A stretch of DNA of 64,000 bases from an uncultured Chloroflexia bacterium (GCA_963765765.1 CAVXYC010000014.1:224001-288000), one strand, 5' to 3'; positions 19,700-31,034 are shown, numbered from the stretch's first letter. Program-made: numbers and translations. The notes: generated by a model from the letters alone, not told the origin.

Positions 19700-20094
19700 T
19701 GGCATCGATCAAGGATGATCGTTCACTCGGCGAGCTCCTTGGGGATCTCGCTCGCGAATCCGGTGTGCTCGTACGGCAGGAGATCACGCTTGCCCGTGCC
19801 GAGCTTACCGAGAAGGTCCGTCTGGTCGGGAAAGACCTGGGCTATCTGGCAATGGGCGGCGCCGTCGCGTACGCCGGGTTCCTGGCCATTGTGGCGGCAA
19901 TCATCATTGGCTTGGCGACAGCAGGTATGCCCTGGTGGCTCTCCGCGCTTATCGTGGGAGTTGTCATCGCCGGGATTGGTTACATGCTTGTCCAGAAGGG
20001 GCTAACCGCTTTGCGGAACGAAGACCTCGGACCACGACAAACCGTTGAGTCACTTCAAGAAGACGCTCAATGGGCAAAGGAGCAAGTGCGATGA
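19699..20094 (+). CDS. DUF1469/YqjE-like ('phage holin family') membrane protein
   Basis: RSLGELLGDL...LVRQEITLARAEL, two TMs, PRQTVESLQED. Confidence 0.88.
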   Translation: MASIKDDRSLGELLGDLARESGVLVRQEITLARAELTEKVRLVGKDLGYLAMGGAVAYAGFLAIVAAIIIGLATAGMPWWLSALIVGVVIAGIGYMLVQKGLTALRNEDLGPRQTVESLQEDAQWAKEQVR

Positions 20095-21459
20095 GGTCAA
20101 ACGACCCACACGGCAGCAGCACAGAACGATCGGACGATGGCGGCTTCACGCCGCGCAGCACGGAAGGCTCTTCAACGTCACTCTCTAACCAGCATCACAT
20201 CTGAATCCGAATCGCCCGAAGCCATTCGGCTGGAGATCGCTGAGACGCGAGTCGAGATGAGCGAAACGGTCGATGCAATTCAGGAAAAGCTCGCTCCAGA
20301 CGCGCTGGTTGAGCAAGCCAAAGAAGCATTGAGCGAGGTCACCGAGCGCGCAGTGCAAGAAGCCAAGGAGCGTGCTCAGGAGGCAATCCGCGAAGTCACA
20401 GAGATGGCAAGGGAGGCCGTGCGCGAGGCGACGGTCGGAAAGGCTGAAGATATGATCGGCAATGCGACGGATACGGCGAAGGACACCGGGGAATCCCTGA
20501 TCGAGACCATTCGCGCGAATCCAATTCCGGCCGCGATCGCGGCGGTGAGTCTCGGGTGGCTGTTCACCAAACGCAAGCGCCGGGGCTACTACGATGCCAG
20601 CTACTTCAACAACAGGGATTACGGCTACAGTGAGACCCGTGGGAGGGAGTACGGCTACGGCGAGAGACGTGGCACGGACTACGGTGAGAGCCGCGGCGTA
20701 ACGGGAAAAGTGACGGACAAGGTCGGCGAAACAGCCAACCAGGCGGGCGAGGCTCTGGGCGACGTCGCAAGCAAGGCCGGCCACACGGTGAGCAGCGCCG
20801 GAGATAAGGTGGGCGATGTCGCCGGGAGCGCGGGCCGCACGTCGAAAGACATCGGCTCCACGGTCATGGAGACCATCACCGCCAACCCAGTGCCGGCCGC
20901 CATCACAGGCGTCGGCCTTACCTGGCTGTGGATGAACCGACCATCAGCCAACCAACCCACCTACGGCACCTATCGAGGCTATGGCGGCTCATCGTACCAA
21001 TCGAGCAGCGCGGGGTCGTCGGGCGGCATCGGCGACATGGCCGGCCAGGCTCAGGACAAAGTTGGTCAGGTCGCCGGTCAGGCTCAGGACAAAGTTGGTC
21101 AGGTTGCCGGTCAAGCTCAGGACAAAGTTGGTCAGATCGCCGGTCAGGCTCAGGACACCGTGGGAGATCTGACTGGTAGCGCGGGTCACCAGGTGTATCG
21201 CGCGCGGACGAGCGTTGAAGGCATGCTCCAGGAGAATCCTCTCATGGTTGGTGCGATAGCCGTCGCCGCGGGCGCCGCCGTTGGCATGGCTCTGCCGTCC
21301 ACTCCGCAGGAGGACCGACTACTCGGTGAGACTCGCCAGAACGTCATGGAGACTGCAAAGGAGACCGCGCAGGAAGTCAGCCAGAAGGTTCAGAAGGTAG
21401 CCGAGGAGACGCAGAGCGCTGCTCAGAAGGCTGCCAGCGAGCAGAATCTCACAACGTAG
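20091..21459 (+). CDS. DUF3618-domain LEA-like protein (true start probably ATG 20091 with an early frameshift; intact ORF from 20137)
   Basis: IRLEIAETRVEMSETVDAIQEKLAP; three NP(I/V/L)-TM modules; 11-aa repeats. Confidence 0.8.
21040..21171 (+). repeat. 33-bp tandem repeat x4 (AGQAQDKVGQV)
   Basis: gccggtcaggctcaggacaaagttggtcaggtc units. Confidence 0.92.
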
Positions 21460-21465
21460 CTAAGT

Positions 21466-21503
21466 GTAAGGGGGCGCTCCCGTACACGGGAGCGCCCCCT
21501 TAC
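21466..21503. terminator. Perfect 18-bp inverted repeat after the stress operon
   Basis: gtaagggggcgctcccgt-ac-acgggagcgcccccttac. Confidence 0.7.
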
Positions 21504-21542
21504 CAACCATTCAACCGAAATCTGTCCCGGTTCCGGGGACGC

Positions 21543-21574
21543 AAAAGGCCGCGCCAGATCTGGCGCGGCCTTTT
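21543..21574. terminator. Bidirectional intrinsic terminator
   Basis: aaaaggccgcgccagatctggcgcggcctttt, a perfect palindrome between convergent genes. Confidence 0.88.
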
Positions 21575-21591
21575 ACTGACGGAAGGAGATC

Positions 21592-22788
21592 TTACCGTCG
21601 CGTGCCGACGATATCCTTGAACACGTCGTTGATCACTTCACGATTCTGCTGGAAGCCGCGGAGCGCTTCGCCTTCACGTGGGATCACAATCATCTCGTTC
21701 TGCGCAGGATCTCGAACGGTGCCCATCGGGTCCTCGCCGCGAGCCACCTTCTCCATCTGATCCATCAGCACGCTGCGATAGAAGATCACGCCCTTATCAG
21801 ACGTGCCAAGTCGCTCGGCCTCACGCAGGGAAATGGGACCCTGAGTGACCCAGGCCATCATGTCCTGGCCATTGATCGTCTCGACCACGAGCTTCCCGTC
21901 GTCATGGAACACCGGGTTGTCGTAGATCGGCACGTTCTCCTGCCTGGGCGAACCCTCCGGCATCTTCTTGGTGCCGTACCAGTAATGCAGCGTGTGCGTA
22001 TCGTCCACGGGCACGCGAATCTGGAAGGTCGGCCGATTGCTACCGCCTACCGCCAGGATGTTCGGAATCAGGATGGGATGACCCACCGTCCAGTCATCGG
22101 ACTCTTCGGTATCGCCCTCGAGTAGCCGGCGCTTGTGAATCCCCCACTCGCCGAGGTCGAACGCGATCTTGAGGTGCTTGCGGTGCGTCATGACGGGCGG
22201 CTTGCCCATCTTGGTGAAGACATAGTTGCCGTAGTAGCAGTGCAGCCACTCGAAGTGGATTGGATCCATCGAGTTCTCCATGCACTGGAGCCAGTTGCAC
22301 GGAACGTGGCTGATGCCAATATTGCGCTCGAGATCGTCGCGCACCAGCACGTCCCAGCGCGGCAGCAGCGGCGCCGGTGATGGGCCAAGATACGCCCAGA
22401 TCAGGCCGCCCAGCTCCTGCGCCGGATACGCGGGTGTGCGAACACGATGCTTGAAGGTGCTATTCTCCGGCTCCGCCGGCTGTTCCAGACATTCGCCCTC
22501 TGCGGAGAACTTCCAGCCGTGATACGGGCAGCGCAGGCCGCCATCCTCAGGGATGCCGTAGACCATGCTCGCGCCGCGATGCGGACAACGTTCAGCCATG
22601 AGCCCGATGCTCCCATCGGGCTCCTTGTAAAGCGCCAGATTCTCCCCGAGCAGCTTGACAGCCAGAACGGGTTCCTTGTCAAGCTCGGCCTTTGTGGCAA
22701 TAGGATGCCAGTAGCGCCGCATTAGGTTGCCCATCGGCGTACCGGGCCCCACGCGAGTCAATCGTTCGTTAGCTTCGTGTGTGAGCAT
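21592..22788 (-). CDS. Rieske aromatic oxygenase alpha subunit (phthalate 4,5-dioxygenase/LigX-like)
   Basis: LTRVGPGTPMGNLMRRYW, CPHR...CPYHGW, ENSMDPIHFEWLH, ERLGTSD. Confidence 0.92.
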   Translation of the reverse strand: MLTHEANERLTRVGPGTPMGNLMRRYWHPIATKAELDKEPVLAVKLLGENLALYKEPDGSIGLMAERCPHRGASMVYGIPEDGGLRCPYHGWKFSAEGECLEQPAEPENSTFKHRVRTPAYPAQELGGLIWAYLGPSPAPLLPRWDVLVRDDLERNIGISHVPCNWLQCMENSMDPIHFEWLHCYYGNYVFTKMGKPPVMTHRKHLKIAFDLGEWGIHKRRLLEGDTEESDDWTVGHPILIPNILAVGGSNRPTFQIRVPVDDTHTLHYWYGTKKMPEGSPRQENVPIYDNPVFHDDGKLVVETINGQDMMAWVTQGPISLREAERLGTSDKGVIFYRSVLMDQMEKVARGEDPMGTVRDPAQNEMIVIPREGEALRGFQQNREVINDVFKDIVGTRR

Positions 22789-22874
22789 GCACACTCCTCC
22801 GTCGGCGCAGGGCGTCGCAGTTATTCGGAGCATACCGAGTGGACCCAATTCTGTCAACGCAGCCACAGGAATGC

Positions 22875-23332
22875 TCAGCTTCGCGACGTGGCGCCATCGC
22901 CAAGCAAAGGCGGCCGGGACCCATTCTCACCGTCTAGCGGCGCGGGCAGGTTGATCAGAAACAGCTCCGAGGGCTCATTTGGATCGAAGTCGTTGTCATT
23001 GGCCACCGCCAGCGTCCGCTCATCCACAATAGCCAGCCCCTCGATCCGCTCATGGTGATTCCAGCCCGTGCGAGGTCCGCGTCGCTCACCTGCTCCAGGG
23101 TCCCGGACAATCCTCCGGCCGAGGACAGTTCCCTTACCAACGGTTCCCGGCTCACTGCAGTCAGCGGGCGCGCTCCCCAGCGTATCAATCGCACCTTCAG
23201 AGGAAGGCTCCCCGGAACGCTCGGAGGACCGATATCGGGCTGGTCCGCATCGGAAGCGAGTCCGGGGCCTGGGTAGGCAATCAAGGAGAAAACGACAGAA
23301 AGAGTCAGCCACCGCGTTGCGCTGTAACGCAT
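22875..23332 (-). pseudogene. Remnant of esterase-like phytase-family beta-propeller protein
   Basis: Signal peptide MRYSATRWLTLSVVFSLIA, then LEQVSDADLARAG and, in another frame, IEGLAIVDERTLAVANDNDF; far shorter than the family. Confidence 0.55.
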
Positions 23333-23524
23333 CGTTGAAGCACTCCTACATGGTTTCCACAAGCCTGAACTCGCCCACAGGTGCATGACGCATGCATCGC
23401 CGCTCCGCTCTCGTGGAGCTCCGTGCCCCAGTTCGGCAATGGCACCCTCCTTGCTTCCAGCGAGGAATGCCACTCCGAGGCATATGTGCAGGAAACGTAT
23501 CCATTGCGTAGGACCACAGCAATC

Positions 23525-24668
23525 GTGCATTGCCCCACTCCAGCGCGAAGCCGACCCAAATCGATCAGGGGTGCATTCGCCCGGGTGGTAGTCCAGCTCA
23601 CCCTGTTGACCGTGCTACTCACGGCTGCCAACCCGGTGCGCTCACAGTCGGCCGGATGCGAAGGCCAGCTCGATACGGCACCACACGTCTACCTGGGCGG
23701 CTGGGTTCCGGGCTGCGTTGGACGATCCGCGTCTCCCGTTGGCGCGGGATCCGTTGGGTGAGGTCAATGCGCTCATCGGCAAGCCGCTGGCGATCGTGAA
23801 CCGCTGGGAGCACTGGGGCCTGGAAAACGATGGCGGCGTGGATGAAGCCTGGATGCGCCGCGTGGCCGCCGCGGGGGCGATCCCGATGTACACCTGGGAC
23901 CCCTGGAACCCGGACGTCGAGGCGCCGGATGTCCAGCAAGGGTTCCTACCGCGCGACATCGCCGCCGGTCGCCACGATGCCTACATCGCTTCGGTAGCGG
24001 ATGAGCTGGCCTCTTTCGACGGCCCGATCTTTGTGCGCTTCGCCCAGGAGATGAACGGCACCTGGTACCCATGGGGCCGCCACCAGAACAGCCCTGAGGA
24101 CTTCATCGCCGCCTGGCGTCACGTCCACGACATGGTCACCAGTCGCGGCGCCGAGCACGTCACCTGGGTGTGGAATCCGAGCGAGAAGCATCATCCCGAG
24201 TCGACCGGCCTGTGGTACCCGGGCGATGACGTTGTGGATTGGGTTGCAGTGGACGGTTACAACTGGGACGATGGCGACTACTGGCGCGACCGATCCGGCA
24301 ACACCTGGCGCACGATGGATCAGGTCTTCAGTGCGTCGTTCGCCGACATCGCCGGATTTGCAGGCGCGGATAAGCCGCGCATGATCGCCGAGACGGCCTC
24401 CACCGAGCGGCCCGGCGACCCAGGCCTGAAGGCGGCCTGGATTTGCGATGCCTTCCTACGGGCACTGCCGGAAGGGCTCCCAGATGTCCGGGCCGTGATC
24501 TGGTTCCAGGAAGAGAAGTACGAGTCCGACCGTCCGTTCTACTGGCCGCTCGATACCAGTCCCGCCAGCGCCGAAGCGTTCGCCGCGGCGGTTGGTCCGC
24601 CATACTACGTCGGCGGATCCAGACAGCTCCCCGCGGCGCTTGGTCGAAACAGAATCACCCCGCCGTAA
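23525..24668 (+). CDS. Glycoside hydrolase family 26, secreted (frameshift near 23715; start approximate)
   Basis: YTWDPW, VRFAQEMNGTWYPW, WYPGDDVVDWVAVDGYN, KPRMIAETA; signal peptide in the upstream frame. Confidence 0.85.
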
Positions 24669-24901
24669 TCACCCACCAACGGTGCCTGGTCCGACTGCTC
24701 GCAGTGCGGAATTTGGGCTTTGTCGAATGACCCGGGTGGGGGAGCCAGCGTAGCGTAGCTGCGACGATGTAGCTGCACTCTCGAAACAATTCGACCCCTA
24801 GTCCGCCGTGCACCGGAAGGCATCGGGCAGGTATTGCAAGAGGACCGCGGACTAAGCTCCACACTACAAACGGGCTCAACCCCACGTACAATTCAGTCAG
24901 G

Positions 24902-25872
24902 ATGTCATCGAACCGTGCGGACGAAGGACAGAACGAGCCGGTTGGCTCCATTGATGGAATGCAGGTCCCGCGGTTCGCCGGCTTCAGCACGTTTGCGCGC
25001 CTGCCGCGCCTAGAGGATATCGGGCATTGCGATGTGGCCGTGGTGGGTGTGCCATTTGACGCTGGTACCACCTACCGACCGGGCGCGCGCTTTGGGCCCG
25101 GTGCTATCCGACAGGGCTCGCGACTGCTGCGACCGTATCACCCAGGGCTAGACGTCAGTCCGTTCGCCGTGCACCAGGTGGCGGACGCCGGCGATATCGT
25201 GGGCAACCCGTTCAATATTGAAGAGGCCATCGGCCAGATTCAGGCAGGCGCGACGCACCTCCTGGGGAGCGGGCAGTCACTTGTGGTCCTTGGCGGCGAT
25301 CACACCATTGCCCTTCCGATGTTACGTGCGATACACGCGAAGCACGGGCCCGTGGCCCTGGTGCATTTCGATGCTCACCTGGACACCTGGGATACCTACT
25401 GGGGCGCGGCCTATACCCACGGGACACCCTTTCGGCGGGCGACGGAGGAAGGTCTGCTGATCAAAGACAAGTGCGTACACGTGGGCATACGCGGGCCGCT
25501 GTACGGCCGGAGCGATCTGGAAGATGACGCGCGACTCGGCTTCCGAATTCTGGATGTCATGCAGGTCGCCGAAGAGGGTGTGAAGTCGAGCATCGAGCGC
25601 ATCAGCGCCGCGGTGGGCGATGTGCCCGTTTACATCTCTATCGACATCGATGTGCTGGATCCGGGCTTCGCCCCGGCCACGGGCACGCCGGAACCGGCGG
25701 GCTCTCCAGTCGCGAGCTGCTGGCGATGTTGCGCGGCTTCACCGCGCTCAACATCGTCTCGGCCGATATCGTGGAAGTCGCCCCAGCGTACGACCACGCC
25801 GAGATCACCAGCATCGCCGCGGCGCACGTAGCGTATGAGCTGCTGGCGTTGATGGCGAAGCGATCTCCTTAG
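24902..25872 (+). CDS. speB: Agmatinase/ureohydrolase (frameshift near 25700)
   Basis: [38 protein letters not shown]; the C-terminus [15 protein letters not shown] is in a shifted frame. Confidence 0.9.
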
Positions 25873-26043
25873 CTCTCGGCGTCCCTGTAATACCGGGATA
25901 TGCCGTGCACTCGGCCACACCGGTACGCCATGAACACCGGTCGCGGTGCCGCCCCAACGTTGCTGTCATGGTGAGATGCGCCATGTGCCTCGAGCGCACA
26001 TACAGCCACGAACACCGGCCTCGATGCTCAATTCCAATGGCCT

Positions 26044-26162
26044 TGTCATGCTGAGGGACGAAGCATCTCGCGGACATCGGAGCACGCGTGACCGAAGTGG
26101 TGCGGTGAATTCGCTATCGGCGTCGTCGATGTCCGGGAGATGCTTCGTTCCTCAGCATGACA
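26044..26162. repeat. TGTCAT-tagged REP/REPIN-like inverted repeat element 1
   Basis: 36-bp arms (34/36 complementary), 47-bp spacer. Confidence 0.92.
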
Positions 26163-26271
26163 GGGACCTTGGTGGGCGACACCGCGATCACCCTTCACGT
26201 TGTGCCGTGCGGCCGGAGCACGGCGACGGCCCGGCCTTGCCTCAGAGTCAAATGTGGCACCATCTCCGTCG

Positions 26272-26486
26272 ATGCTTACCGTTCGTACTTCGTTTACATC
26301 ATGGCCAACCGTTCCAGAACGCTGTACGTTGGCGTGACAAACGATCTCGAGAAGCGAGTCGCGGAACACAAGGCGCGAGCAACCCCGGGCTTCACTGCTC
26401 GCTACAACGTCACACGGTTGGTTTACTACGAAGACACAAACGATGTCTGGTCCGCGCTCGAGCGGGAGAAGGAGCTCAAGGGCTGA
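26272..26486 (+). pseudogene. GIY-YIG nuclease (YhbQ/UPF0213-like), C-terminally truncated
   Basis: YFVYIMANRSRTLYVGVTNDLEKRVAEHK...FTARYNVTRLVYYE...ALEREKELKG then stop. Confidence 0.85.
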
Positions 26487-26532
26487 CTCACGCGGTTTCC
26501 GCAGCGGGGTCGCCTATCTCTTTCTCTGGCGT

Positions 26533-26658
26533 CCTGTCATGCTGAGAGGCGAAGCATCTCCCGGACATTGGCCACCACGGGGTGCGGGACTCGATCAGCC
26601 ATCTTCCCCGTCGCGCTCTCCGATGTCCGGGAGATGCTTCGTTCCTCAGCATGACAGG
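26533..26658. repeat. TGTCAT-tagged REP/REPIN-like inverted repeat element 2
   Basis: Right arm identical (36/36) to the element 1 right arm; 50-bp different spacer. Confidence 0.92.
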
Positions 26659-26858
26659 TGGCACGGCGCATAGGTCCAAGCCAGCGGCGCACGTCCATGA
26701 GACGAACGAAGGACGTCCGGGACACCGAGGCCGCCGATAGTCCTGGTCCGGGCAAGAGGCTAGAGACGAAGCTCAATTGGCCGCGCACAGTTCTCGCACA
26801 CCGTTAACCTGCGAGCAGTTGTTTGACCCCAGCCACCAGTCCTGGCAGGATTCGCCGC

Positions 26859-27926
26859 ATGGAACGCATACGCTTCGGCTACTTCACCCTCTCCGATAAT
26901 TCACCTGGCTACAGCGACCGGCGGAAGAACGCCAATGCTCTGCTCGAGGAGATCGTGGAGCAAGCCATTGCCGCTGACAAGCTCGGTTACGCCTCGGCCT
27001 GGCTGCCGGAGCATCATTTCGGGGTGTTCGGGGTCTTGCCGACACCGGCGCAGGCGCTCACCTATGTGGCAGCGAAGACCGAGCGCATCCGACTGGCCCC
27101 CGCCACGGTGCTGCTGCCGTGCACCCAGCCGCTCCGCACGGCCGAGGAGTACGCGCTGCTGGACTTGCTTTCACACGGACGCGCGATTTTCTCCGCGGGT
27201 CGTGGGTATGACGAGCGCGAGTACAAAGCGTTCGGAATTCCGTTCGACGAAAGCCGCACACGCTTCGACGAGGAGCTGCTGCTGATCCGTAAGGCCTGGA
27301 CAGAGGAGAATTTCACCTGGCAGGGTGAGCATCACTCGATTCCCGAGCCGATCACCGTGCTTCCACGCCCTATCCAACAGCCGCACCCGCCGATCTACGT
27401 TGCCTGCTTCAGTGAGCCGACCATGCGCATGGCCGCGGAGAACGGCTTCAATATCATCTTCGCGCCCTTCGCGGCGGCGATGGTGTACGGGAGCCTGGCC
27501 CAGGCCGTGAGCCGCTTCAAGGAGCTTTCGGCCGAGGCCGGCCATCCGAATGCCAGGGCAATGTGCTCGTATTTCACGTGCATCGCCGATACGCCTGAGG
27601 AGAAGCGCGAGGCACAGGAGAGGCTTCTCTATTACCTCACCAATTTTCTACCCGCCGTGCCCCAGGATCGCGAGACGGCGCCTCCGCACATTCGCTACTT
27701 CGCGGACATCGCCGATCGGATCAGAAACATGAAAGCGGAAGACCTGGGCGAGCGAAGCATCGTGACCGGCACCGTGGACGAGGTCATCCACCAGTTCGAG
27801 CAAGTTGAGGCGGCCGGCATTGAAGAGGTGATCTGCTATTTCAACTTCGGCTCACTGGATCACGGAGAAACGCTTCACCAGATGGAGCGGGTGGCCAGCG
27901 AGGTGATGCCGGCGTTCAGGGGCTAG
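26859..27926 (+). CDS. LLM class flavin-dependent oxidoreductase
   Basis: WLPEHHF, AEEYALLDLLSHGR, PRPIQQPHPPIYVA. Confidence 0.92.
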   Translation: MERIRFGYFTLSDNSPGYSDRRKNANALLEEIVEQAIAADKLGYASAWLPEHHFGVFGVLPTPAQALTYVAAKTERIRLAPATVLLPCTQPLRTAEEYALLDLLSHGRAIFSAGRGYDEREYKAFGIPFDESRTRFDEELLLIRKAWTEENFTWQGEHHSIPEPITVLPRPIQQPHPPIYVACFSEPTMRMAAENGFNIIFAPFAAAMVYGSLAQAVSRFKELSAEAGHPNARAMCSYFTCIADTPEEKREAQERLLYYLTNFLPAVPQDRETAPPHIRYFADIADRIRNMKAEDLGERSIVTGTVDEVIHQFEQVEAAGIEEVICYFNFGSLDHGETLHQMERVASEVMPAFRG

Positions 27927-28011
27927 GGGTTCGGGATTCTCACCTGGCGTCGCTTATGGCTGCATTGGTCGCCTTTGCCCCATTTGTTGTTCAAAATTGC
28001 TGAGGAGAACC

Positions 28012-28763
28012 ATGACTGAATTAGACGGTCGCGTCATCATCGTTACAGGCGGTGGAAGCGGCCTGGGCCGGGCTTCGGCGGCGCTTGCTGCTGGCAAGGG
28101 CGCGCGCCTGGTCCTGGCCGATATGGATGCCACGGGTCTCGATGGCTCTGCCGATAAGATTCTCAGCCACGGCGGTCAGGTACGGACCATGACCATGGAC
28201 GTGCGATCACAGCCGGATGCCGAAAAGCTGGCCGCGATGTCCATCAGCGAATTCGGCCGGCTGGACGGCATCGTGACCTCCACGGCGTGGATATGCCCGT
28301 CCCGGCCATGGAGATGACGCTTGCTGAGTGGGAGCGCGTCATCAGCATCAACCTCACCGGCACGTTCGTCACCGCCCAGGCGGCTGCCCGTGCCATGATC
28401 CAGCAGGGCACGCCCGGAGCAATTGTCACACTGGCATCCGGCATTGCCGTGCGCGGACGCGCCGCGGGGGCACACTACGCGGCCTCAAAGGCAGGCGTGA
28501 TCGGGCTCACCAAGTCGCTGGCGCTCGCACTGGCGCAGCACCAGATCCGCGCCAACGTCGTGGCGCCCGGGCTAACAGATACGCCGATGGCGCGACAAGT
28601 GATGAGCGAAGACGAGATGCGGCTGCGCTCGCAGGACATCCCGCTTGGCCGATTCGGCCAGCCCGATGACATCGCCAACGTGGTTTGCTTCCTCCTATCG
28701 GACGCCAGCAGATGGATGACCGGGCAGACGCTCCACGCCAATGGCGGGGTGACGATGCCGTAG
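28012..28763 (+). CDS. SDR oxidoreductase (frameshift near 28280)
   Basis: TGGGSGLG in the first ORF; YAASK, APGLTDT, MTGQ in the second. Confidence 0.88.
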
Positions 28764-28785
28764 GCGGACGGAGGAAGAACGCCCC

Positions 28786-30169
28786 GTGGTCTACAATCCC
28801 TTCGGGGAGCTCACCAATCATGCTGAACCTGGTAAACGCGGCAGAGGGCCTCGTCAGCGCGCGCGCATTCTCGGACGCAGACGTGTACCGCACGGAGCAA
28901 TCGCACATCTTCGGCCGTTGCTGGCTCTTCGTCGGCCATGAGTCCGAGATCCCGAATCCGGGGGACTTCGCCGCCCGCAGCATGGGCGAGGATCCGGTCA
29001 TCCTGGCGCGCGGCCGTGACGGCGAGATCCGGGTCATGCTGAATGTCTGCCGGCATAGAGGCCGACGTCTGTGCGCCGAGGACATGGGCAACGCCAACCA
29101 TTTTCAGTGCGGGTATCACGGCTGGACGTATAGCAACACCGGTGAGCTAACCGGCGTGCCGTTTTTCGAGTCGTACCAGGGAAAGCTCAGTAAATCAGAG
29201 TGGAGCCTGGTTCAAGCGCCGCGCGTCGACACGTACCGCGGGCTGATCTTCGCCTGCTGGGATAACGACGCCGAGCCGCTCGAGTCCTATCTTGGCGACA
29301 TGCGCTGGGTGCTGGACTTGATGTTCGCCCGAACAGACCGGGTCACAGTTGTCGGTCCGCCGCAGCGCTGGATTGTGGATTGCAACTGGAAACTAGGCGC
29401 TGGCAATTTTGGCGGCGATTTCCATCATCTGTTCACCACCCACGGCTTCTCGAACGCGCTGGGCCTCAAGCCTACCCGCGTGAATCGCAAAGCCCACGCA
29501 CTGCCCATGTCACAGGGACATGTGGCCAGCATCGTTCAGTTCGCGGATCAGCCGGCGCAGACACCATTCCTGGCCTTGCCGCCGGAGCTCTGGCCGGAGA
29601 TCGAGCGGAACCTTACCCCGGACCAGGTGCAGGAGATGCGGCCCATGCAGCTTACCGCCGGGACGGTGTTTCCAAATCTCTCTTTCCTTAATACAGCGTC
29701 GCACACATCGGGTGAGTGGGGCGGGCCGGACGGCGAGCCGATCTCCTTCCTGACCCTTCGCCAGTGGCAGCCGCGTGGCCCAGACAAAATGGAGATGGTG
29801 TCCTGGGGGTTCGTTGATGGCACGGCCCCGGAGCGATGGCAGAAGAACTCGGCCGATTGCTACCACCGCGTCTTCGGTATGGCCGGCATCTTCGAGCAGG
29901 ACGACATCGAAAATTGGTCGGAGATCAACAATGGGCTGCGCGGCAAGATCGCTCAGGGCCTGCCACTCAATTACATGATGGCGCTGGACATGAGTCCGTC
30001 CACCGAATGGACTGGCCCTGGCACTGGCTACATCATCCACCACCAGCTCTCGGAGATTAACGAGAGGGTGATGTACGAGCGCTGGCGAGAGCTCATGGAA
30101 GACGACAAGCCTATCGCCCGGAACGGCAGTCGGCCGATGACAGGAGTAGCGTCCTCGCATGACAGCTAG
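28786..30169 (+). CDS. Ring-hydroxylating dioxygenase alpha subunit (biphenyl/phenylpropionate-like)
   Basis: CRHRG...CGYHGW, NWKLGAGNF, DFHHLFTTH, EQDDIENW; RBS points to GTG 28786 (needs an indel); in-frame ATG at 28820. Confidence 0.92.
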
Positions 30170-30719
30170 CGATCACGGCGCATTCTCCGTCTCACAACGT
30201 CTGTCGTCTGCCATCCGGCCAGACTCACCTGAGTACGCCGATGCACTGCAGTTCCTTTATATGGAAACCGAGCTTCTAGACTCGGGAAAGTTCGAGGACT
30301 GGCTGACGCTGCTCACTCAGGACATCGCCTACCGCATGCCCGGCGCGGCTGACCACCAGAAAACGAGACCTTCCTGGATTCTCCGAGACGACGTACATCT
30401 TTGATGACAACCTCGATTCACTGAAAGTGCGCGTCGCCCGCTTCGGCACCAATTTCGCCTGGGCGGAAGATCCACCTCCAGGACGAGACACTTTATTACG
30501 AACGTTCAGGTGTTTGCTGCCGATCGTCCCGAAGAGTTCGAGGTTCACGAAAATCTTCTGCTCTATCGGATTCGCTCTGATCAGGGCTCGCCTGACCTTT
30601 TCTCCGGCGTGCGCCAGGATCGTCTTCGGCTCGTCAATGGGTCGCTGAGGCTCGCCCAGCGGACGATCCTGCTCGATCAGACGCTGGTCAACGCCCGTCA
30701 TCTGAGCATCCTGTTCTAG
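30159..30719 (+). CDS. Ring-hydroxylating dioxygenase beta subunit (several frameshifts)
   Basis: FLYMETELLD...WLTLLTQDIAYRMP; LKVRVAR...WAEDPP; RQDRLR...RTILLDQT in three frames. Confidence 0.85.
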
Positions 30720-31034
30720 CGCTGCTTTTAGACTGCACCAGACCCCGGCGCAAGATTGAGTGTCCCTGTCCTGTCTGGCGTTCCTGTCATTCCCGTGCTT
30801 TCTTTACGCTCGGAGCCCATTTGGAATTCTGTGCACCCCACTAACCCTCCCGGGCAAGGAAAATAGTGCCAGGGAGGGGTACGCGCTAGGCGGTTGGTCT
30901 CCTGTCACACTCCCAGGGTAAGAAACGCCACGCGCACAGGCACGATCCAAACTGGCGGGTCATATCGATAAAATGTGTCCAAATATCAGCCCCGAGTGCT
31001 TATTCGGGCACTCAACGTGCGGTAGATTTGGCAC

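Noticed and set aside
19699-20094. Prophage, suggested by the 'phage holin family' label
   Set aside because: DUF1469/YqjE-like chromosomal stress-operon gene; no endolysin, integrase or structural genes nearby
21040-21171. CRISPR-like array (also 34131-34320 and the 26-kb repeats)
   Set aside because: The coding tandem repeats have no spacers; the 26-kb 36-bp units alternate in orientation; no cas genes
26484-26486. TGA in GIY-YIG as selenocysteine
   Set aside because: Falls at a usual Trp position, not Cys, and homology does not continue downstream; this is a truncation
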